Source: Eledone cirrhosa (taxonomy: Eukaryota). From it: DNA of 64,000 bases. The stretch covers positions 90,148,001-90,212,000 of the forward strand of contig OZ024746.1 in NCBI GenBank assembly GCA_964016885.1, in the 5' to 3' direction. Position 1 is the first letter of the stretch. Each line of letters opens with the position of its first letter. A model generated the notes under the pieces. It was not told where the DNA came from. It saw nothing but the letters and a program-made list of their open reading frames with translations, and made no database searches. The position numbers were made by a program, and so were the translations under genes. Positions 54,336 through 64,000 of the stretch are shown here, one piece after another.

Positions 54336-55750
54336 AAAAAGTATGAAATCGAAAATGCGACTGGAGTCTATTTAAAAAAATATATATATTCATTTGGTCC
54401 CTTTACCGGTTTCACAGTTCTTCTGCTTTTCAAAAGTAGAATTGAGATGTAGGATTTGTTTTTTTTCTAACATCTGATTGGTCTTTCAATGTTACTTCTG
54501 TTTTATATGGAAAAAAGTGGCTCGAAATCCCAGGTTTTAGAGAAGTAATTTAGTTGGTTGGTGAATAAGTATAATACATTTCGCGCCAGTTCGCGTTCCA
54601 ACACCAACCCCAACACCCTTTGTTTGAAAACAAATATGATAAGAACTTCGTAACGCAACTGCCGCAAAATTTCTTATACTTATTCACAAACAAACCAACC
54701 AAATTACTTCTCTAAAGACCTGGCATTTCGAGCCATTTTTTTTCCATATAAAACAGAAGTAACATTCAAAGACCAACCAGATGTGAGAAAAACCTCAAAT
54801 CCTCCATCTTAATTCTATTTTTGAAAAGTAGAAGAAGTGTGAAATCGGTAAAGGAAACAAATAAATATATATTTTTTTTACAAAAGACTCCAAAAATCGA
54901 GTATTTTAAATGTTTGTCTTTTAATGAATATATATGTTGTGATAAAAAAGTCGAAGACTTCCTATTATGATTCGAAAATGAGCATTTGTGGTTCGCAAAT
55001 CTCGATTTAAATATCGAAGAGATTGCTCCTATATAGTTTATGTGTTTTTATTTGTTTTTACGGTGCATTTATACACCAAATTTCTACCCAGACAATTATT
55101 TTGCAGAGGGCAGTCTGGTGTATTTCTACACTTACATGTTGATTTGTTATTATTTATATTAACACTATTACTAATAGCATCAAGTTGGTTTTGGTTTAGA
55201 ATTATACTGTTTATTTTAGCGATGTTTTGGGCCATATTCATAGTTGTAGAATAAGACAGTTTAATTGTGTGTCTATTAAATACGGAGTGGTATTTATGTT
55301 GACTAGGGAATGAACTATCTAAGGCTTTAAAAAATAGTAGTTTTAAAAAATTAAAAAAATTATTTTTAACTGTTATATTGATGCCATGTATTTCTTAAAA
55401 TCTATTACACGCACCCTCTCTATTGTTTTATTATGTTACCTCATGTTCTCAATATTAGGGTATAACTATTGAGTTTTGTCATAAGTTAATCAATACCATG
55501 GCTAAATCTTAACCATCTATTATGTCAGGTATGTAATGTATCATTTATTTTATATGATGAGGACGTACTGTTGAACTTAACTCAGTACCTCTGAAATATG
55601 TATTATAAAATATAATTGATCACAAGAATATCTATTTTGTTAATATTTTGAATTAATATTAATAACTCAGGAAAACCCTTTCTAGTAGTGCTTCCAATCT
55701 ATTGTAAAACGCATTCTTTGAGCTATTCATTGAACCTTGTGTTTAACTTT
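54330..55750. mobile_element. Family F inverted repeat, a Naiad-like GIY-YIG fragment (minus, ~54960-55330) and a degenerate plus-strand pLTR/HHR (55548-55610)
   Basis: HKYHSVFNRHTIKLSYSTT...CKCRNTPDCPLQNNCLGRNLVYKCTV; TTTTAT-ATGATGA-GGA..GTACTG/CAGTAC..TCT-GAAA-TATGTA-TT-ATAAAA. Confidence 0.75.
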
Positions 55751-55768
55751 TAAATATATATATATATA

Positions 55769-56208
<440 letters not shown>

Positions 56209-57718
56209 ATCTATAGTGAGGAGATTATTGATCTTATACATAATAAATAGTATTATGCAATTCTTGTGTAAATATTGAAGTAGAAATGTAGAATGAGAAA
56301 TCTATTGCTGTATCAATTATATACAAATCAGTCTGTTCAATTTTAAATGTGGATAACCAACAATATAAACAGCATTACCATAATTGTATAACACTCTTGA
56401 GAATTGATGAATCAGACCCTATGATCACGTATAATGCTCATACTTAGTATATCTAAATATAATTACCTAGACATTGATCAATATTCTCAATGAACTTCCA
56501 GGTTGACGTACAATTACTAATAATCATATAGTAATTCAAATGTACATGAGTTTAAATTGCTTTCACACTACCGATTCAAGCCTTACTTATATATGGTATA
56601 AAACTGTGTTTTCCGGAATATACTAATCATATGACCAAGTGGGTAGAACGAGTTAAAAATATGGTGTATTTGTAATTGACGAAACAATTTGAATTGAATA
56701 TTTGCAGAAGCAAAGAAGAAATATTGAGAATATTAATATGTAAACCGAACTACAAATGTAAGTCATATATTAACACGCTCTATTAAAACATAAAACAAGC
56801 ATATTGCTACAAGGATGATCAACATACGTATTATAAGTTTTTATATTACTTCAGGCGAATTACGTTTTCTTCCAGAATAATAGCTAGCGTTTTCCATTTA
56901 GATAAATTGTTGAACGGAATCACAATCTTTAACTACAGTTGGCTAACAATAAACCACAATATTTGGTTAGCGTAGTTATATGATTGATTACATTCCATAA
57001 CATTCATGAAAGCAATAATGATGTAAAGTGTATATGGGAATAGATATGTGTACAAAACAAACTTAGGTAAGTGGTATATTAAAGAATACATAGAATTAGA
57101 TACTGAAAGAAAAAGAACACAATATTAGATATGGATATATATATGATTAGATGTATTTGAAGAGTATAGAAAAATGGTTGAATATGTATTTATATATTTC
57201 AGCATAAATATTAGATTGTGATCTTAAATTGGAATAGAGTTACAATCGTAAAAATATCTATGCTATTCACCTCAGTAAATATAAATATTTTAAGATCATA
57301 TATCAGTCATCTCAGTATATATGTATCTGTAGATACACATTTGCATAAAGTACATATAGAGTTTACTTGAAATGTTAGCGTTACTTAGCATTAGCACTAA
57401 CATTAGAGATTCATATTGGAGATAAAATATAAATATGAAAGCATCACTAAATGTAAAACGTGGGTGCAAAATTTATATATATATATATATATTAGTAAAA
57501 AGAAAAAGAAAATGCTGACAAATTTTTCCCAGTGAAAAATAGTTTAATTAGGAATAAGTATAAATTAGTAATAAGTATTGGTTAGTATTCAGTTTTAGTT
57601 TTAAATTTTTACCGGTTGCGCATTTCTAATGTTTTTCAAACATAATTTTCAGATAAAGCGCTCGTGATGTTTGCTCTCTATATATATGTTTGCTCTATAT
57701 ATATATATATTATATATA

Positions 57719-57764
<46 letters not shown>

Positions 57765-58029
57765 CATCTAATACATACAAACAATAATGAACATATTCAT
57801 TTTTTGTTTTCATTTATTTTGAATCTGTAATATCTATATGAAAATATTCGGAAAATAATTGAAATACCCCGGTATATAGTAAATGTTTATCAAATCTTAA
57901 TTTGAAAAGTGGAAAATAATTTACATATTAAAAATCCTTTATATATACATACATAAAACATTCAAGTGAATATCATTAAATCAAATTTCAATATGTAATC
58001 TTGAATTATAGGATCTTGAAGAATGTGAT

Positions 58030-58385
58030 AAGAATTTCAATAGCAGGTGTTATAAGGCGCTACCTTTAACATTCGTTAATCAGAAGCAGTGAGGTAGGTG
58101 TAAAAGCCAAATTCCTTATCTTCTGTTCGGTATATATGCCAAACCCTTACGTATGTCATGAATCTTGGGTAATGACTGAAAGCCGCTGAAATGGGCTTAC
58201 ACTGAAATGTTTTTGAAGTAATTTTACACGATAGAATACGTAAATCGGAGATAGAAGTGTCACTCCATGTATTGCTGCTACCTCTCAGAAAGATCACAGC
58301 TCCGATATTATGCTCATGTGGTTAGAATGTCTCAGAAAAAAATTGATGGAATCCAAGATGATGATGATGATGATGATGATGATGT
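58030..58385 (+). mobile_element. Old RTE-like LINE 3' fragment with (GAT)n tail
   Basis: Across frameshifts: TLTY..HESWVMTE..AAEMG..HDRIRKSEI..QLRYYAHVVRM. Confidence 0.6.
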
Positions 58386-58779
58386 GCATGATGATGAAAA
58401 AGAAATTATATATATATAATGCAAACAAATCTATGAATAACATAACACTATTGATTATGGTCGAGCAAGACATATGAGCAATAACTGATGTTTATGTCCT
58501 CTGATCTTGACAATGTAGGCCTTTTTAGACATAGCATTCGTTTCACAATTTAGGGATGGGGCGGTAAAAATTCCTAAATGCCTGCTGCATATGTTAAATC
58601 GAGAGTAAACAGCGGCTGTCTGTCTAAATAGGCGGTCGAAAGAAAACAAAGTATTTAAACATAAATATTGGTTGCACGAATGAGAGAACACTCTGCGATT
58701 TCACATACAGTCCGGAGTGAAGATTAGCCCCCATCTGCAAAGCATATAACAGAAACAGCATCGGTAGATGTGCGTTAAG

Positions 58780-59330
58780 TGAAACTCAACCCCATGGTAT
58801 GTCCCAAATGAAGGAAATGAAGAGGACCAGCGTCAATGTCGTGGAAGGTTTTATCATTAAATCTGACAATACTACATCCCTAAAATCATTCGCCAAATGT
58901 CCCAATGGTAAATTTCATAATACTTTCTCAGGATTTAGCAAATAACACCTTTGTTACACTAGTGAGTTATTACATCCTTACTATTTATTCATCTGAACAG
59001 GATATAGTAACATTGTATAATCAGCTTCACTCAGTGGTTTCCACTATCCAATACAAGAACAAGCTCGTCATAATGGGAGGATTAATCACTAGAGTTGTAA
59101 GTGACGATCAAATATTGCAACACGTTCTTGGCCCTGAAGGAATCTGAACTTTGGACTCGAACGGGATTTGGCTGCCCTCACACTGCAAGGAATTTGATTT
59201 TCTTTTATCACAATCTAGTTGTTTAACAACCGGTAAAACAATGAGGAATATGGATGATTCACAGTTCCAAGGATGAGCACATGACTTGCTATGTCATCAA
59301 AGAAGCGTGAGCTAATAGATTCAATAACTA
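58780..59330 (+). mobile_element. Degenerate APE-type LINE endonuclease fragment (RTE/CR1-like)
   Basis: TLVSYY...LYNQLHSVV...KLVIMGGLITRVV (cf. GDFNARVG)...VLGPEGI*TLDSNGIWL. Confidence 0.6.
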
Positions 59331-59374
59331 TTTTCACTTTTCTTGTTCTCGTGCACAGCTGTGCTATATATTTA

Positions 59375-59421
<47 letters not shown>

Positions 59422-59596
59422 TTCCAAATTGAAAAGAAAATGAGATGTCCTACACGAGTGAAAGTATGAGGAAAAAAGATGAAACCGAAAATGCAACTGA
59501 AGTCTTTTTAAGAATAATTATTTGGTTACTTTACCGGTTCCGCTGTTCTTATGTTTTTCAAAAGTAGAATTGAAATGGAGGGATTGTGGTTTTTCT

Positions 59597-59677
<81 letters not shown>

Positions 59678-59689
59678 AGTATATGTTGG

Positions 59690-62030
59690 TTGTAAACCAA
59701 CATCTCAGTGTGCAGATTGTAGCACTCGACGAAGTGCGCAGGTTGGTTTGGTAACCCCGGAGTAATGTAAAATAAAATAAATTAAATAAGTCAAATGTTT
59801 AAAATTGGGCTTCGTTTATTACTGCTATATATATTTCGGTGACAGCCATCGTTGTCTGTCACCTCTTCAGGCAGTCCGAATTAGTGTGGTAGAGACGAGT
59901 ACACATGTTGTTGAGGTGTATAACTTTGTCAGTTCCTGGCTGGGTTGTTATTTCACTGAGGAACTGGAATCATATGAATTCAAACAAACGAATTTCAGCG
60001 TCAAAGGGCTTCTTCTCCTCTCATTGATCTGTTGTTAGAACATTCCTCAGTCAAAAGTCAATATAAATTCGTTCTGAGGCAAGCCAATCTGTAGTTCTCG
60101 TTCTTGTTATTGTTAGGTACATCTGACCTCTATTCTTGTATTGGTAGTGGTATTATTGTGGAGTCAGCTCCCAAAAAAGTGATAAAGTTGTAGAAGGAAT
60201 AAGATGGTAAAGGAACAAAATAAAATAAAATAATCTAATAAAATGTGTGTGTGTGTTATACCCATCGCAATGTTACAAAGATGTGTAAAGTCAAACTTCC
60301 CATTGGTCAGCTTTGAGAGCATTTCTCAGTCCAAAGTCTATAGAAATTCTTTCTGGGGTGAGGCACCATGTAGTGTTTGTGTTTGCTATTGTTAAGTACA
60401 TCTGACCTCTACCCTTATTTTGGTAGTGTTGTTGGTGTTGTGGTCAGCTTATGTTTTGCTGCTGCAGACAATTTAGACGATTCTGTGTGTGTGTTTCTTC
60501 ATCTCTCATGCCACTATCTCCCGTGGTGGTGGTGGTGGGGTCTTTATGCCATGTGTATGAAGAAATAGAAGACAATAACATGAAGTAAACAGAAAATAAT
60601 TAATAAATAGAGAATAAATGAAAAATTAATGAAAAAGTAATGAAAGGTAATGAAAAAGTAATGACAAATGAATATGGAAAATGAAAAATGAAAATGAAAA
60701 GTGAAAAATGAAATGAAGATTCAAATAAAATAAGATAAAATGTGTAGGTGCTATAACCAATCTGAAGGTCAGAAATATGTTGGATAGATTTGTAGGAGGA
60801 ACAAGATGGTAAAAAATGAAACGAAATAGGAAAATCAAATAAAATGTGTGTGTGTTATAACCAATCTCAACTTAAATATAAATATAAGGTGATAACGTGA
60901 AGAAAAAATAAAACAAATAACAAATGAATAATGAGAAATCAAGATTAAAAAACCCCAAAATCAAGTAAATTAAAATCTGTGTGTGTTATAAAGATGTTGG
61001 CCAAATTATAAAGGCTGTGTCAGAATCAATCTCTAGACTATGACGGTGCCTGCTCAGCCTGGGTTTGTCCCTATGGCTTGAGGGGAGTTCCCAACCTATG
61101 GTGTTGTTACTGCCCATATATCTTGAGGGAGGTCTGGCTGAGAGGTGTCTACATGTTCTGGAGAAATCCCTATAACTTGAGGGGAGTTCACATCTTATTG
61201 TGTTGCTACTGTCCATATATCTTGTAGAAGGTCCCGGCCCTGAGGTGTCTGCATGTTCCGAAGAAGTCGGTCCTGAGGTTTATCAGGACGCTTCCACCTC
61301 TGAGTATCTCGAGGGTCTCGTTCAGACATAGTTTGCATATGCAAGTCCCCCTTGATCGGGTGGTACTTTCCGGATTATGGATCAGGCCAGAGAGTACGGG
61401 ATCCTGTCCAGCTTAAGCTTCCAGATCAGGTCGGAGAGAGCCGTACTTTTCATTTTGGCCTCCTTATTGAAGGAATGGCGATGGTTATACCAGCGCTCTA
61501 TAAAGCTCGTTGATGTGGCTCCTATGTAGAAGTGATCGTAGTTGGGAGTTTTAACACAGCAACCGTATACTAGGTTCTTCTTAAGGCATTCATTACCAAG
61601 GGCGCATGATTCGGGGTTTATGCAGTTGCAGAGGGTGGTCAACTTCTGCGTGCCTAGATTGGGGTTCCCGTTATGTGTTATATGGTGATCTTCCCCCAGG
61701 CACGGTGGTGGGTCCCTGGGTCTGTTTGGGTTTCTTGGGTGGGCACTGAGTCCCCCCTTCCCTCCTTACACATGGTTCTGCTGAGTGCTTGTATTGTCAT
61801 TTTCTGGTTGTGTGTGGTTTTTAAGCCTACTCCTGTTGATGCTATCTATGTGTTGGGCCAGATTTCACGTGGTGGAATACGAGAGCTTCACAGTGTGTCT
61901 ATTGAAGATCGTGTGGTATCTATGGTCCCTCGGGAAGCATTTATCAAGTGCTCCAAAGAATGATCGGGCCAAGCTGTTCTTTAGGGCCGCTGAGTAGGGT
62001 GGGATGCACCACGTGATATTTCTGTGTCAA
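59690..62030 (-). mobile_element. Naiad-like PLE 3' part (thumb/linker, GIY-YIG, 3' UTR with HHR)
   Basis: RNITWCIPPYS...CFPRDHRYHTIFNRHTVKLSYSTT; CNCINPESCALGNECLKKNLVYGC...FYIGATSTSFIERWYNHRHSF...TALS; CKLCLNE...INLRTDFFGTCRH; contains stops and frameshifts. Confidence 0.85.
59821..59875 (-). ncRNA. Type I HHR motif, intact
   Basis: ACTGC-CTGAAGA-GGTGACAG(ACAACGATGG)CTGTCACC-GAAA-TATATA-TA-GCAGT, followed directly by AATAAA. Confidence 0.85.
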
Positions 62031-62099
62031 ACTTGTTCACGTGACAGGCATAATTTCATTTATAACCAATGAAATTACAGTTATAAAAAAGAACCAAAC

Positions 62100-62420
62100 T
62101 TCATTAATATATGAAACAACACCCTGAACCACCCCCATTGTATCAAGAACTTTGTAACGCAAACTGGCGCGAATTTATTATACTTATAGAGCAACCAATC
62201 AAATTACTTCTCTAAAAACCTGACGTTTCGAGGTACTTTTTTCCATATAAAACAAGTAACATTCAAGCACCAAGCAGAAATGAGAAAGACCACAGACCCT
62301 CCATATCAATTCTACTTTTGAAAAGCAGAAGAACTGCGAAACCGGTAAAAGAACCAAATACATATATATATTTTTTTTAAAATAAGACTCCAGTTGCATT
62401 TTCGATTTCATCTTTTTTTC
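62100..62420 (+). mobile_element. Family F terminal repeat; partner fragment at 59420-59600(-)
   Basis: Aligns with 54600-54900. Confidence 0.75.
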
Positions 62421-62441
62421 TTTATATATATATACATATAC

Positions 62442-62525
<84 letters not shown>

Positions 62526-62922
62526 TCTTAAAAACAACTGTCACTGTAACAACAAAATAACAACAGGTTATGGTTTCTGTTGTTTGGAGAGAAATACCGG
62601 GAGAGTGTGTGTCTGTGTGTATGAGCACGTGTGTGTGGATGCATGTGTTCGTGTGTGTGTCATATGGATAGGTAGTGAGTCTAGAATTTTAAGTGAAAGT
62701 TTGTCAACAAGATTGAAAAAAATCGTGTCTGTGTGTCTCTGTATAATTTCAATTTATAGACAAACACATCATAGACTTCAAAAAAGATCATGCCAGTGTT
62801 CCGATACTCATATAATACATATATTTACTTGTACAGTTGTATTTGTTTGTGTATTTTCCCGGTAGCGGGTGACGAGCTAGTGTTTATAATAAAATAATTT
62901 TGTTGCACCTACCATACACACA

Positions 62923-62991
<69 letters not shown>

Positions 62992-62992
62992 C

Positions 62993-63547
62993 TTTAAGTC
63001 GTTTGGAAGCCTCGACAATGCAAATGGGTAAATCTCCGGGTAACAAGATCCGGTGGTGGAGAGAGAGATGTAAGTGGGTGTACGTTGAGATGCGTGGTGT
63101 GTATAAGACGTGTAGAAGAATGAAGGAAAGAGTATAAAGGATAAAATAAAAATAAGAACACGAGAGAGAGTTACCTTGGGAAAGATTTAATTGTCCCTAT
63201 ATATTTCGGATTCACATCCATAAACTGGGTTTGTTTTCAAAACAACAAACAGCGGAGGACGCGTTTCGCACCTTTCCGACAGGTAACCTTTCTCCCACCC
63301 CGGAAAAAACCCCAATTGATGGATGTGAATCCAAAATATATAGCGACAATTAAATATCTCCCAAGGTAACTCTCTCTTGTGTTCTTATTTTTATTTTATC
63401 ATTTATACTTTTTCCTTCATTCTTCTACACGTCTTATACACACCAAGCATCTCAACGTACACCCAGTTACATCTCTCTCTCAACCACCGGATCTTGTTAC
63501 TCGGAGATATACCCATTTGCATTGTCGAGGCTTCCAAACGACTTAAA
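62993..63547. mobile_element. Inverted repeat (family G) with decayed HHR motifs
   Basis: 62993-63235 is inverted relative to ~63305-63547. GGAT(GTGA)ATCC-GAAA-TATA-TA-GGG is retained but the CUGANGA box has decayed; the spacer holds a minus-strand GAAACGCGTC. Confidence 0.8.
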
Positions 63548-63597
63548 TATATTTACCTATTATTCCACAATGCTTCAAGCAAACTTCCATACTCTCT

Positions 63598-63715
<118 letters not shown>

Positions 63716-64000
63716 TTTAGGAAAGAAACAGTAACATGTTAGCGCTCGATGTAGTGTTGATGTGAATATATCATCGATACAAAGCGATATTTACTTTTAT
63801 GGAAAATTGTTATTTTAATATATGTCATTCAATATCAAAAAGCTACCTAGTCAGATATAGAATGTTCAACAAGAAAATATCTTTCTGTGAAATAATGCAT
63901 TGTTGTACGTTCGTTTCTGTAGGAAATGTTCAAATAAATAACGTCGGGTTAACTAATTGATAACTGGTATCTATATCCATGCTAATAGACTCACAAAAAT

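Noticed and set aside
61382-61384. In-frame TGA codons in PLE ORFs (also ~61865 and 29309) as selenocysteine, which is reported for some Naiads
   Set aside because: They fall at expected Trp or Arg positions (TGG/CGA to TGA decay), not Cys positions; the copies also carry frameshifts or deletions, and no SECIS was recognised.

Overview
AT-rich animal genomic DNA, dense in (TA)n, (CA)n, (GA)n, (TAA)n and (TTC)n microsatellites. The SINE family, Dong/R4 and Penelope content suggest an Octopus-type cephalopod, but that is inference. No complete host protein-coding gene can be supported, and most ORF-track entries are translated microsatellites. The window is mostly retroelements: one near-complete Dong/R4 LINE in a (TAA)n tract, Tx1/L1-clade and RTE fragments, about 9 copies of a tRNA-derived SINE, one MITE, and many Penelope-like element (PLE) pieces with Neptune- and Naiad-like GIY-YIG domains. 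The most notable feature is a set of at least six sequence-distinct type I hammerhead ribozyme (HHR) motifs (CUGANGA-stem II-GAAA-palindromic stem III-UH). Nearly all lie in fold-back or tandem arrangements next to (TA)n. They include a non-coding ~517-bp tandem/inverted HHR repeat resembling a metazoan retrozyme and a 388-bp spacerless palindrome with an HHR on each strand. A TACTC...GTCGAGTG hairpin recurs downstream of several of them. All alignments and folds were done by eye, so element boundaries are approximate.
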